A stretch of DNA of 64,000 nucleotides from Marsupella aquatica (Eukaryota > Plantae > Marchantiophyta). Numbering within the stretch: position 1 is the first letter of the stretch; the number at the start of each line of letters is the position of its first letter. Position numbers and translations under genes: made by a program. The notes under the pieces were generated by a model. The model did not search any database. It saw only the letters and a list, made by a program, of their open reading frames with translations, and was not told the origin of the DNA. This document shows positions 1-13,700 of this stretch, piece after piece. Location of the stretch: NCBI GenBank assembly GCA_973895155.1, contig OZ316894.1, positions 20,156,451 through 20,220,450 of the forward strand, in the 5' to 3' direction.

Positions 1-1001
1 AGGTAACGGCATCCTTTGCAGGCATCTTATTGAACACACGACGTGCATCCTCTGCGCTCCCACATTTAGAATACATATCAATAAGGCTGGTCCCTACAAA
101 AAGATCCCGTTCCAAGCCACTTTCTATGATCAATGCATGGATCCGCTTGCCTTCCTCGAGGGCTCGTAAATTACCACATGCCTTGAGCACCGGGACAAAG
201 GTGAATGTGTCCGGATTCCTCCCCTCGTTTTGCATCTGTTGAAAAAGCTCCAGCGCCTCAACCTCTTGCCCATCTCTTACATATCTCGCCAGTTTTTTAT
301 TCCAGAACACAACCGGTAGTTCTACGGTTCCTGGTGCCATTGCAGCCAGCTCTACTTTCACCCATTCAGGATTTGAGTTGTCATGGATCCAAAGCGCTTC
401 CCCTGTCTTCTTATGTTTGAAGTCGGGATATCTCGCACTTGTCTACCCACCAGAAAGCCCAAATCAAGTTCGTTAGTCGTTGAATTGTCATAACCCGAGG
501 TTGATATAAACAGTCACGCCCTAAATTAACTACTATTCAAAGAAGCCATGTAGCAGCATCTTCTTACAATGAAAATCACTGTGATGTGCATTCCATTTTG
601 CAAGGGATAAGTGAAGTATTCACCTTACCCAACCTATGGTCCCACCATTGCGATGGGTCGATGAAAAACTGTCTCCAGCGTTCTTCGACTACACTTTTCT
701 TGCCTGCCACGATTCCAGGTTCGAAGTTGTAAATTGGGGCCAGCTTCTGGAGCTGTAAGCTCGATGACGATCGCCTCAAGGCACGGAACAGCACTGGTCC
801 GAATCCAGTCCCGGCCGCTCCCATGAAGGGAGCTGGAGCGGAGGAAGACGAGCAGGGCATCGGCAGAGCCGAGCATGGAATCGGCGCTGTGGAACCCACA
901 TAGGAGGAGCCAGCCTCCGATGCGAGCGAACAACGCATCAACGGAGCAGCAGCTGATGACGATCCTCCTCCTCCTCCTCCGCGCAGGAACGCAGCAGCCA
1001 T
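1..1001 (-). CDS. PLS-class pentatricopeptide repeat protein with N-terminal transit-peptide-like region and OSB-type PDF motif; exon 1 1001-624, intron 623-443, exon 2 442-1 (runs off window)
   Basis: ATG at 1001. A GT..AG phase-0 intron joins WRQFFIDPSQWWDHRLGK to TSARYPDFKHKKTGEALWI. PPR motifs follow: WNKKLARYVRDGQEVEALELFQQMQNEGRNPDTFTFVPVLKACG, RIHALIIESGLERDLFVGTSLIDMYSKCGSAEDARRVFNKMP. Confidence 0.9.
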
Positions 1002-3275
1002 GCTCAATCACCTCTGGCACTCGAAGGACTACATTTGTGGGCGATTTCTTTCTTGAAGCTCTCTCGAGCCATGGTCACAATCAGCTGGGCCTAGAATGAC
1101 TGCCTTTGTGCGCATTTCTTGAGGGGTGCACTGTCGATTTGTGCTCACTGCTTTCCCTCCCTCTCGGTGACATTCTCATGCCTGCCTTTCTGCCTGCGTG
1201 CCACGAAGCTTTTGCCCTCTCACCAAGGCAAGAACACGAACGAAATCGAGAACGAGCAATTGCCATGGTGGCAAAAATACAGACTTCAATGAATTCCTCT
1301 GTTTGGCTGAAGAAAATCCAAAATCCCGGATTGTGTGGCCCTATTGAATATTAGGGACTAGGGGAGGGAGAGAGAAAAGGCCTTGATGGCCACTCCAGGG
1401 AAACAAACCCCTGACAAGGCCCCCTTTCTCTAAGGGATTTGTTGGGCCCCAAGTCCCCGTAGCCCATGTACTCCTCCATTGTCAGCCAGCTTGGTACTAT
1501 GGAAGCCTAGTGTCCCTACCAACCAAGTTTTTTTTAAAGGTTTTTACTCTCTTTTTTCAGAGTGGCGAATGTCATCTGGTGTGAAGTCCTTATATAATTT
1601 TATTAGATTTGGGCAAAGGTCACGTGGTGTGAAGTGGAAGATTCTCAGAATGTTCCACATATAGTTTTCTTAAATTAATTTGAACATTAGATCTCCACAG
1701 ATTGAATGCCAACTAGATTCTGGTAAATGGGGTTGTGGCTAGGTGAGAATTTGGCAAATACTTGCACTTTAAAAATTCACTTCCTTCCCTCCTTCTGGCC
1801 GCCATGTTGCAGCATGTGTTGGCATTCTAGAGGCTTCCTTGCAACCTACAAAAGGAGAGCAAGAGGCAGATAGAAAAGTTCTGGGTTTGCGCTAGGGCAT
1901 CTCAAAGTAGCCCTTCCCCAGTTAGTTTCTATACCCAGATTGCTATGGGTTGGATCATGGGATGTTTCTCCACTAATTGGTAAAGTGAGGACATGGTTGC
2001 CCACACCAAAATTGGTCCGCACAAATTTATTGGTGCCGTACTAATGTTGAGTTAGCCCAGCTAGGGCGGGTGTTGTGATGTCGACCCGTCTCAAATCAAA
2101 AATACCCTAGGTTAATATTCCCAGTGTATGTTTGATATGTAGTGATGCTGCAGTAGGGTGTCTCAAAGTTGTGTCTCACAATTTACAAATTTCAGTTTAC
2201 AACTTTACAACATAAGTCATGAACAATAGACTTCAATGGTGATTGATACAAGACATAGATAACCTGAGTATATCTAACACTAGCCCTCTATTATTCATTT
2301 TGTAAATAATTTTTTTCTGGTCAAACAGGCTCAATCCCCAGCTCAAACCAAGTCTTAGATAAGGATCCTTCATAGTTTGTGAACAACACTTTGATCACAT
2401 CATGACTTTTTTGGGTTGCTAACTCGTCAATATGTGGAAGGTTAAGTGCTCATGGGAGGGCTTTCAGCCACAGAGATTTTCAATTTTGGGGAATACTCCT
2501 GACAGGAGTATCTTAACTAGCTTTAAGTCATCTGCATCTTATGTGTCCAGCAAACTTTATGGATAGGATAGTACAAATGCATCCTGTCAAGGGTGAATTT
2601 GGGGTTGACGAAAGCCACTGTCAAAATTTCTTTGCATGGATGGTGCTTTAAAAAAAGCGTGCTCAGCATCCGGATGGCTTAAAAATGTGCTAGAGTTCTA
2701 TAACTTGGAACTGAAAGTTGTAAGTGTATGCCAAGATATATCTAAGTAAAATTGAATATGTAATGTGAATATTAAGCCTGCAGGATGGACCGAGGGGCTT
2801 GCTTTGCCTATTCCCATGGGCTGGGTAACAAGTTGCCTCACTTTACACGCTAAATTCAAACACGGTCTGCAAAAGGTCAGGAACCTGTTGTTTACAGGTC
2901 ACATTTCAGTAAAACTATAAAGAGTGCTATCCAAGCATGTTCTGATGTTTTGCATCATTTAGTCCATACCAGCTTTGGAAATCCACCGTGGCCTCACAGC
3001 AAACCCCTTGGTCCTTCCAGGCTTAACATTCCATTCCTTTACACAAAATTCACAGATTGGTTTGAAAGTAAATAAATTTTTGGATGCGTTTGAAAGTAAA
3101 TAAATTCCTGGATTGGCTATTGGGTTGGACATAAGCCAGGGACCACAGCGTGCAAGTGTCCGGTATCCTGTACCAGTGAGTATCCATCCTTGTGCTTCGC
3201 TGAGGGGCATCAGTCTCTTCGCTACTATGTGAAGAGCAGACACAATGCGTGTGGTGCAAGGAGGCACCATCCGTG

Positions 3276-3534
3276 CTCTGGGGGTTCACCTTATGAATCT
3301 TTTCTACTACATGTGTGACGGCCCCAATTGAACCACCTCCCTTCAAACGAAGTGGACGTACTCCAGGGGTTCACCTTTTCAATCTTTGCTATTCTATGTG
3401 CGACAGCCCCAATTAAACCACCTCCCTTCAAGGGAAGTGGAAGTACTCCAGGGGTTCACCTTTTGAATCTTTGCTATTCTATGTGCGACAGCCCCAATTA
3501 AACCACCTTCCTTCAAGCGAAGTGGAAGTACTCC
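3276..3534. repeat. Tandem repeat, 3 x 85 bp
   Basis: Unit CTCCAGGGGTTCACCTTTT...CCCCAATTAAACCACCTCCCTTCAA...GTGGAAGTA starts at 3276, 3361 and 3446. Confidence 0.85.
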
Positions 3535-3890
3535 TTGGCTTTGCACCATCAAAGCGATGAGCCTTATCCCAGACAGGCGATGAGCAGCAGGAATCAATTG
3601 ACGATCTAGTTTACGTGGAGTTTACAATGAATTCAGGTTCGTACAGGGAAAAATTCTCATGATCTTCCAAAACCATCCCCAATCAAGTCATTTTTAATTT
3701 ATGGTTGTTTTGCACACTTCCATCTTCTCCGCACATGTCCTGGTTTTCCTGAACAGAAAAATAATTACAAGCTCAAACTCGTCTAAAAATTGCGTTTCAA
3801 GACCTACTCTATAAGTTGCTTGGAAGTCATCTTCACATGTACTGTACTCTAAGCTCCTTGTCAACTGTACAAATAGAATGTTAGAACTGT

Positions 3891-5768
3891 CTAATATTGC
3901 CACACGGGATACTCCTGCTCTACTTCTTGTTGACTGTCGTAGTCATACTCCTCTCCAGTACTCGAATATGTCTTCTCTTTCTCGTAGCCACATATATAGT
4001 TCAAGCCAACTAGGAGCTCTGTAATTGCTGCCTCAGTTTTTGCCAGGTCTGCAAAGTAAAGTGTTTGAAACAGAAGAATGTTGGAGCGTTGTAAGACCCG
4101 TTGCAGCTGCTCGAAGTTGTGCTCAGACTGCCAACGGATCATATTGTGGGCCAGAGGAGTGAGCCATGCAAGTATTCTTTCTAGAGCATTCTTCCAGTCT
4201 CTGGCAATATCAGCATCGAAACCGTCTCCCCTCCGCATTCCTGCCTTCAGTCTGGCCTTTAGGGTCATTTGAACGCTGTTTGGTAGCATGTGGTACAAAT
4301 TAGCCCTGGATTCATGAGATATGAAATGTGGAAACTTGATCATCTTGTCAACGATGATGACAATATTGGAGTAGTGTTGAGCCAGGGCAGCCCCTCCCAG
4401 GGTAGTAGACGGTGCGTTATGATGCCTGTTTTTTGGATCAAAGAATACTTTCCTTGTGTAGGAAGTTTGATTGAAAAGATCATGACATGAAGAGATACTG
4501 GGTTCCCTGCAAGGAGTTCTATTGGACAATTGTGGAGAGCTGCGGAGAGTGGAGGAGCTAACGGTCTCTGCAAAACTAGACCTTCGAGTTCCAGCTCCAA
4601 TGTAAGTGGAATTGCCGTCTAGGCTAGGATCTACTGTTAGGGCCTGGAAGTCTAACGAACTCCTGGTGGAGGAGTAGAGGCACATTTGATAGAGCGAAAA
4701 ATAGGAAGTTGGAGGACTCCTAGATTGACCTAGTCTCGCTCCAGATTGTTGAGTTGGGCACTTGTCAGAAATCATAGGGGATACTCTAGAGAGATAAGCG
4801 CTACTTACTGAACTTGTGGCCCCGTCAATCGACTTGCGATCACGCGAAGAGTCAGGAGTGAAAGGCCCCAGAACAGAAGAGCCAGTTGAGGACGGTGATT
4901 CCAAATGTTCCCAACTTCTTCGTTGTTCCGAACTTCTGCGCTGAGTTAGTTGTGTCAACTTGATCAAGTTTGAATTGCTTATCTTCTGGCGACACGCCTG
5001 AGTGTCTCGTAGTCTTTCAATGGGGAACAGTTGAGGCAAACCCAGGAGTGGAGAACCAAAGACAAAGGTAATTCGTCCATGAATGGTATACACAGTTTGT
5101 GCTAGAAGACTTCCAATCTTGTCACAAGTGCAACTCCAAAGAGATATTTCTCTCAAGTAATTGATTTCCTGACGATGAAATACAGCTTTCTCCTCCACCT
5201 CCATCAATCTCTCTGTGTCAGGTTCCAGGGTACCTGACAGATCATCCTGCATCGTTCGGATTTCCATCTCCAAGGTTTCTAGAATCTCTAGTTCCTCGTA
5301 CAAGCTTGAAGTTGATGAGATGAACTGTTGCATCTTCTTAACCTTTGTTTCCATGCGTTTGCGGGAAAATTCCCACGTTCTCATGTCAATTTTGCGATTC
5401 AGGACATCATTGTAGACATGCTCAAAACCTTGGAGTAGTGGATCTGGGCATCTCTTCCCCAAACGAGCAACTGAACCGGCTACTGCTGTCAGATCCTGAA
5501 GTTTCTCCATGCAAGCCAGACTTAGAAGAATAGCCTCATTATCGGATACGAGGTTGCGAACGCCCTCGGCCTTTATCGCACCTGTTTTAAGCCGGAGGAT
5601 CTCTTGATCGCTTAGAGACTGCCACAGCTGCAATATTTTGGTCATAACATTTGCTACCTCAAAAGAAAGGATTCCAATTTCGGCTTTCTCTAACTTCTTT
5701 CCCTTCCTATGCCGTTCACGGACCACCTTCATGGTGCTCACCTGGCTCCCCATTTTGAACCAGAGCAT
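3891..5768 (-). CDS. DUF3475/DUF668 protein, PSK SIMULATOR-like; single coding exon
   Basis: IGILSFEVANVMTK (DUF3475), and TLGGAALAQHYSNIVI, LYHMLP, WLTPLAHNMIRWQSEHNFE, QTLYFADLAKTEAAITELLVGLNY (DUF668). Start at ATG 5768 or 5753 (MGSQVS). Confidence 0.92.
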   Translation of the reverse strand: MLWFKMGSQVSTMKVVRERHRKGKKLEKAEIGILSFEVANVMTKILQLWQSLSDQEILRLKTGAIKAEGVRNLVSDNEAILLSLACMEKLQDLTAVAGSVARLGKRCPDPLLQGFEHVYNDVLNRKIDMRTWEFSRKRMETKVKKMQQFISSTSSLYEELEILETLEMEIRTMQDDLSGTLEPDTERLMEVEEKAVFHRQEINYLREISLWSCTCDKIGSLLAQTVYTIHGRITFVFGSPLLGLPQLFPIERLRDTQACRQKISNSNLIKLTQLTQRRSSEQRRSWEHLESPSSTGSSVLGPFTPDSSRDRKSIDGATSSVSSAYLSRVSPMISDKCPTQQSGARLGQSRSPPTSYFSLYQMCLYSSTRSSLDFQALTVDPSLDGNSTYIGAGTRRSSFAETVSSSTLRSSPQLSNRTPCREPSISSCHDLFNQTSYTRKVFFDPKNRHHNAPSTTLGGAALAQHYSNIVIIVDKMIKFPHFISHESRANLYHMLPNSVQMTLKARLKAGMRRGDGFDADIARDWKNALERILAWLTPLAHNMIRWQSEHNFEQLQRVLQRSNILLFQTLYFADLAKTEAAITELLVGLNYICGYEKEKTYSSTGEEYDYDSQQEVEQEYPVWQY

Positions 5769-8700
5769 TTCCGGATTCAGACCAACACAGTAAAAACTCT
5801 TCACCAATAACACTAATACCCTCGAGAGATGTGGATCACGAAAACGATGAATTATTTTAAACCCTTGGCAGCCCGGTACTGTAGACTGCTCGAGTCAGAA
5901 AAAAATATATGACTTCAGAGCTATGAAGGCTAGAAATCCCTGGGATGCAATCCATAAAGGGCTAATTGTGGCTTTGTACTTTTACACCTGCATTCGAAAG
6001 AACACACGGGAACCCACGTCAGGGTAGGTCCTTGACGTTGTTCAATTTGAGGAAATCAACTTGATTCTTCAATAGAAGGATAATTACTTCTCAATGGTTA
6101 AATACAACAAACGAATTAAAATTTTTTCTGGGCGGCTTAAGTACGTAATGGTAGCACTGGATTGCGATAATACTGATTCTTTTCGTTCCCCTCTCATGTC
6201 TTCAAGGAATGAATGTGTAGAGGAGTAAGAAAACTGACCAATAAGGCAAGAGAAAGAGAATTTCCTTTCCCTTCTCAATGCGAACCATCCATCTCATTGC
6301 GTGGGCACGCGAGTCCTGGTTGAATTTGTGCTCTGCTTCATAGCAGATACAATGGATGAAAGAGGAGGATCAGGTGACGTCCTTGAATCGCATGACCTTC
6401 GTGGATCGGAGGTGTCTGCAGTTCCTAAGACCAAAGTATGTCGATCATGTATATATATTTTTTCTTTGGAGGTCTAGGCAGTTTGCTGGACAGATATGTG
6501 TGGAAATAGGCCCACGGACAGCTCACGCATCGGGTGGAAGGTGGGATAGGAACTTACAGATATTCGAGGGAGATCGATAAGAGAGCTGTGATGGGAAGTA
6601 TGGGAAGCAGCGAATCCATGTTTAGGTTCGTAACCTTCTAGCCCGGACGTGAAACAATTGATAGGGCCTAGTATAAGGGAGCGAGGCAGAAACAGGGGAT
6701 TTTGGGGTATAACTCCAGTTCAAATGTATGCAATGTGCACAAATAAACCGCTCCCAGCTATGTGGTCAATTCAGTGCTCCAGGAGTGCGTCGAAGCATAG
6801 AGCTCAGACGATGATCTAAAGCTTGGCTAAATGAACAGAGGACAACAAGATGATCGCTCTCATGCTGGAACGCCAGTTGGTTTGCAATCAAATTCACTGT
6901 CTTGCAACGTATTTGAATTTGCCATCAGACGCATGTTCCATTTAGCAACAGGTTTGTAGTCACATGAACAGGACACCGCCAATCCAGAAACGCTTACAGC
7001 TGCGTTGCAAAGACGTCGATTCGCTCATTTCATTTTCGAACAACATGCGCAAAAGACAAGCGAAGCTGCAGTGGCTCATATATACTGACATAAATCCAAT
7101 GAATCTGAACATGATGATGACATTTCTCACTAAGAGAGCAGCACTCTCCGAATAAAATTCTATACATCCAAGGAGACGTGGCCAGACAATGTCATACATA
7201 ATAGGTAGTCTCGACGTTGCCGCAGAAGTGCAGCCCGAATAGCTTCAGATTCATGTTGATCCTTCCAAACAGGTATGCTCTCTTCGAGCCAAATCCAGCT
7301 CCTGCTCACAAGCACAGCACGTCACGCGGTGTGAAATTCTCAATTCATGTCATGAGGTCGAATTGACATGTCATTAACGAGATGGCAATAATTTCTTTGC
7401 AAGTAATGCCATCTAAAAAAATGTAACACACAGCTATTGCTCGTAACGGTATACGAATGCAAACAGGGAGGGTTGAGTATCTAGGTAGCTAAGCGGTGGA
7501 CACAATGGACATAATTCATTCGTGGAGGATAGCACTGACCTGAATCATTAATTAGTGAGAATCAGATTCAGCATTTGCGCGGTCTAAGGATTGGTCCGAA
7601 CGTTCTCAGGGCCCCAAAACACACTGAATTCACGTTTAAAATCTTCAAAAATTGACGGCATGTAAGTCGCGAAGACCTTGGGAAATGTTGAGTCGGATTA
7701 CTGGAAGACAATGCGGGACACCTGAGGCTGAAGCACAGGCCACCAGGACCACTGCCACTCTTTAAAAACCCAACAATTCCCTTTCCTCTTCGCCATGATG
7801 ATGAGATTTCAAACAGAGCTCCGATCCACCACCACTACAGCGCGCTCCTCGTTCAACATGCCACAATGTATTTCTCTCTGTGCTTCGTTCTCATCAACTC
7901 TCAGCGAACTCTCAGAGTCTACAGAAACGAAAGAATGGTATGACGAAAAGCAACAACAAAGACCAGCTGGAGACTTACTCTGTGAGTAAGATATTAACAA
8001 CTCAATACGAAAAGTCTGTCCGAGTGAATAAACCATGAAGTTGCGTACAAAAACGCACAATGATCTGTTCACACTACTCACCGCAATGAATGGATATCAT
8101 GAGAACATCAAGTCATCCACACTTCCACAGCAACGCAAATGGTCCGTTCCAACACTGAGCCAGTGGAACCGACATGATGCCCCTGGCCGCCGGACAAGAG
8201 TACAACACTGGTACACCCAAATGTGCGTTTCGCATAAAGGGGAGAACTGATCATTATCATGCTTCCCTCTCCCTCTCCCCCTCCCCTTCTCATTGTCTTT
8301 CTGGCCTGGCTATCGCTCTCATTCCCCATTGTTAAAATTGTTTGTTGTCTGCGTTTGGGCTGACAAGTGATTTTGCTTTCGCTCCACCTGACGAGACTGC
8401 AAACCAGCAACTAGACTACTGCCCTCGTTCAAGGAAAAACAGAAATCCGTGGCCAAGCTGGCCGTGATTCACCCAAATCGAATGTACGTCTCTATCATTC
8501 ATATCAGGTCGATGCAGTTCCATCGAGGATAATCCACAGGAGTGGTAGACTTGGCTGGCAGGACATGACATTCAAGAGGAGTGCAGGAAGGAAAGGTCAT
8601 CGAGGACACAGCAGGACATGCCAATGTTGGATCAGAGGACTGTGCACGTCATTTGGGACCAATGGTGCATATGATTTATTTATTCAGACGACTGTCTGGA

Positions 8701-10701
8701 CGAATGATTTCGACCTCAAGCATCATGAATGTGAGCACACCTTTCTAACTTTCGGACATTTAATGAGCTTGTTTCTACTTGAGTTGAATTCATCAAGTGC
8801 AAGAGCAGAGGTCTATTAGGACTCTGAATTACAAATTAATGAATCTCAGACCTCGCACATACGGAAGACCATATGGGCCTTGTTACAAACCATTCTCGAT
8901 TCAAGGTCCCTAATTGCAAAGAAAACCCCACATAGACACAAAGGTTGGTTTCAGACGCAAACTATCTTACTATAAAAGCGCCAACTATAAAAGCGCCAAC
9001 TGAGGTCTACTTTTAAGAGCCTAGGTCTAGAGTGAAGTCTCTAGACCGTAACTCTATGGCCATCATGTGCATGGGAAAAACTGGTGACATGACTATGATG
9101 TATGTCAACTGGTACATGCAAATTTTTTTCCAATAATTCTTAAGTATTTACATTCAAAAAATATGGGCACTATGGCCCCACCACAACATAGTGCATAGAA
9201 GATGGATATGCATACAAAAAGACTGATGTGCACATAAAAGAGAATGGTATATTGTATATGACTATTAAAATGATGAGTTTTTTTATCATTTCATTAACCT
9301 TCAAAGAATATGAATAGATAATAAATTTTGATAATATTTTTATTGTTCTCTCCACTATTCATGTTCAAAGAACGGGTAGTCGGGGCTAGTAAAGTAACAA
9401 AACAGTTAATATCAAAGTGCTCTGGAAATATTACCCAGTAGAGCGGTGGGAGTATAATTTGATGTCAGTTTGGATTGTATGTATGGGGGTCCTGTGAGTC
9501 TACCTGAGCACCTTGTCCAACCTTTGTTTGTATCCATGCTTTTCGTTCTCCCTATTTGTCTCCTAATTAAGTATGGATTTGGCAAAAAACATGTTCCTCA
9601 CCTAGAGTAGAGCATTGTTTTTATTGAATGTTCATAATTTTCAAAGCCCTTCCAGATATGACATAATCCCCATGAACAAACAGTGCACCCTGGGAAACAC
9701 ATCTTTGGGGTGCAAGCAGGCGTCTTACTCAGGTCACCAGGTATTCAAGCGTGGGATTGAAGTAAACCAAGAGAAGGTGGTAGCATGGACGGCTGTCACT
9801 TATGACCAAGGTCAATTGGCTTTAGCATTTGTATATTATTTTGAGCATTTTGTTAGGTGTCCCCAAAACATCTTCACCTGTCTTTTGTCCACCAAAACAG
9901 ATGGGCTAAAGGAATAGAGTAACCATATGAGTGTAATAATTCAAATATACGGCCATGCATAGGTACCCGGGAAATACTTGATCCAATGGTCGAGTAGAGT
10001 AGGGCACAAATTGAATGTAATACTAGGACATATTTTGCTTTACTCCCATTATGGCAGTCTATCTATCTATAAGTATATAATAGCAATCAAAAGCTGTTCC
10101 CTGGGCCTACTGTAAGTCTAGAGGGAAACCTCAAGGCAGTGACTCTAATTAAGAACATAACTGAAAGTGAAGGTGCAAACTAAAAACATAGAGGGGGAAA
10201 GGTGAACAGGAACAGTCCCTCTAACTATGGGCATAACTGACAGTGGGGTTGTAGACAAAAAACAGAGCGGGGGAAACATGAAAAGAAACAGCCAGGAGTC
10301 TTCTTTTTTGCAAGGTGCTTTTTTGTGTTCACCTCTTACTCAGGCTAGTTTACTCACGTTTTGCAGTTTTGGAATAAATACTACTTTACATAACTGTGTC
10401 TCCACATCTCCATCGGTAATCTACTTAAGGGTTTAATGTATCCTATCTTATCCTATCCTAAAATTGAATGCTTTGTAAGTTACAACTGCCCCAGTGGAAA
10501 GGTACATTCACATGCATGGCCTGGTAAAGAAACAGAATATCAATAGGAGCAATCCTCCTCACACCCCAAGAGGAACAGAATCAATCCTATCTATACTCGT
10601 AGGATTTGTTTCATGTATCTATTCTCTTTGACAGCAAACCCAATTGATTAAAATTTCTACTTGGGAGGGGCACCCCATCCCGAAAGGCTGAGTGGGAAAA
10701 A

Positions 10702-13700
10702 TTACTGAAAGTGGACTTTACAAATTACAGAGGTAAAATTACTAGTACGTTTACAAGAAAATTCATCGAAGAACTTGTACCTACTAGTAGCATTGAGCGA
10801 CTTAAGCGAACAATGCCTGGGATACTGAATGGTATCAGTACAATCTAGATAATCTAAATGCTCCTCAATAGAAGCATCCACAATAATGTTCCTGAGCCCA
10901 CCGATTGAAGCTAATAATGCCATGAGCACCCCGATGACTATCAAAGCCTGCAATTACAAATTAAAGTTATTAAATAACTGCATACAAGATTAGCAGTGTC
11001 TATTTACTTGGGATAGTAAAACCCAATGACGGTGTCAAATTTAACACCTATCCGAGTCACGAGATTAAGCCAAGGAATTACAATTATGTCTAAAAGGAAG
11101 AAGTGAGAATAAATGAGCAAGAATAGACGTTAAGATAACCAATTAGGAAACAATAACACCTACCCAATTGATCAGCCAAGAGACGCTGAAAACCTTGGGT
11201 TTTTTCAATTTCAACCATAGGATGCAAGGCATCTGCACAGAGCAATTTAGGACGTCAACAATGGTTGTTTTTTTGGTATTACTCTTTGGTTCATGAGTAA
11301 TGAAACTTCATTGCACTTGAACGCAGAATTCTTCAAGTAGACGTATTCAAGACATCATAGCAAGGGTGCTGCATGCCCAACATCCATAATTAGATTGATT
11401 GAAGAGAAGTTCTTAGTACATACAAAGTAGGTGGTCGGAGTCATTGCAATTCCTCCCACAAAACCGAGTAAATCTTTGAAGAACGGGAAAGCCAAAGCGA
11501 CAGACGCCGTGCACACTGCAAAACAAACCAAACATGTTAGATCACTTTGCAGACAACAAATGAAAGGCGTCACATGGCAGAACCTTGAAAAACAAGGTTG
11601 TCAGGAATTGCAGGGTAATAAGCGTTATATACCAAAGCAATCCTGTCAAGAACTGAAAAGCTTTTCACAATTCCTGACAATGCCATATTACTGTAAAATG
11701 ACAAAGCAAAAATGTTTTCAGCAGAAAACTTACGAACGTAAGTACTTCTAGTGACAATTCGCATCATTGAAGTGCCTCCCGGTGGAGTAGGCTTGAAGCC
11801 AAACCGCTTGACCAAAATCTTCTCCATCAAGTCGAACATTGGCATTGCATACACCTGCACAGGGGAACAACCCACTTATTTACTCCGACTTGTACAATCA
11901 TCTGTTATGATCCAGGTCTACACATTCCTTCAAGTTGGATGATCTAAATAATAAAGCCCCGGCCCTGGGTAGGTTCCTGGCCTAGTCTCTAAGATTGAAG
12001 CCAGCTTACATCGAAAGGATAGACTAGACAGTGGTGAGTGTCCAATTCAATTTCAAAGTACAGGTTTCATTCCTTATTTCTCATAAATTAGAAAGGCCCA
12101 TTTCTACCGTAACTGAGGTAGTAGTATAATTAGAACGATACGCGTATTTTCAATATTGCACGTGGAAAAAGAAAGAATTGCAAGATCACAACAGCAGTTC
12201 CCGGGTTGCTAGCTTCTGGGCTTCAAAAAGATCAGGAGTGGACTATACATTGGAAGCGCTCATTATGGCAAGGTGGTACTGTGCATACCAGGTAACCGCC
12301 AGCCAGATGTATTGCAACAAACAAATTGGCCGTCGCAATTAGTGCTCTTGGCTCACCCAACTGGAGCAAAATGTTGCCGCTCCGTGGATTTCCAGTTGAA
12401 GCTCCACGGGTAGGCAAGGTTGTTCCAAATGCCCAATAGCCAGCAAAAGCGACGGGGAAGTAACAGAACGCCACAACTATGTATGCCACCATTACCCCCC
12501 TCCACATCGCAATCTTGGACGGACATTTCAGGGTGGAGGGGAGGGTGGCTTGTATCTCGAGGACCACATTATGACCAGAATGTGCGAAAAGCACAATTCC
12601 GAGTGCCGACATGGCTCCAAACACTTGGTCTGATTCTCTGATGCGAGGTAAATAATCTGTCGCCAGGGCATTCGCACCAGAAAACTGGTAGGAAGTGGGG
12701 CAAACAGCCAGAGGTTTCACGGGATCCGCAAAATCTGAATGATTTGACTTGCCCAAATGCAGAGAGTCGATCCACGCAATCATACAATAACTGCGCCCCA
12801 AGCAATCAATATTAGACTTTATGGATGCTCAAGGATGCAAGAATTGAAATCTTGAAACATATCACTTGTGTGCAGAGGAACCAGTATACACATACTGGAC
12901 AGGAATTCTCTCTCTGTCTGCGAGGACTGGAAAATCAACCAGTCATTCTATCCCTCTGTCTCCATCAATAGGAAATCTATATAGTAACGTGACAATGAGA
13001 ATGTGCAGAAGAAGGTAGGCTAATACATACCAGATGGACATCATAGAAGATAGCAAGCTCACGCTGGCGATGGAGTTGAAATCCGAAAGCTGGGCCAAAA
13101 CAAGCGGAAACAGGGCGAAGAAGACGACGAATGCGGCTCTCCCAAGTTTTCCGCAACACTGGTTTCCGGCTCCTACGGCCACCAGCTCAATGTGTGGACA
13201 ATGAATCAGCACGTAGAAATGCCAGAGAGCATAGCCTCCTGTGATCATGTACACAATGTTCGTCCCCACCTGATGTATGACCTGCTGGGACAGGACAATC
13301 CATAGGCCCAGGGTCGGTCCAAAAGCTTTTTGCCCAAGCTGGTAGTAAGTATCTGCCCTGTCACCGTCCTTGGTCTCATGGAGCTCCACCATCTGCCACA
13401 ACGTGAAGAGGGTGATGAACCAGGACATGACGAGGACGACGGCACCCCCCCCCCTGCGCCAAGTCAACACGTAAAGTCTCGTCAACTTATCTCAGTTCAA
13501 CTGGACCGACTTCGCATCCAAAGAGTCCTCAAATTATTCAGCCACTCTTGCTCTAACTACTCTAGTAGTCAGACTGACATTGCAATAAAATGAAAAACCA
13601 TGAAAATGGTGTCAGACTTACATTGCAATAAAATCAAAAATCATGAAAATGGTGATTGATCGTAAGACTCACCAGCCAAGATAGACCATTGCCGTTGGAA

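Noticed and set aside
6084-8819. Short ORFs upstream of the DUF668 gene as conserved uORFs
   Set aside because: No recognisable peptide; they cannot be distinguished from chance ORFs in 5'UTR or intron sequence.
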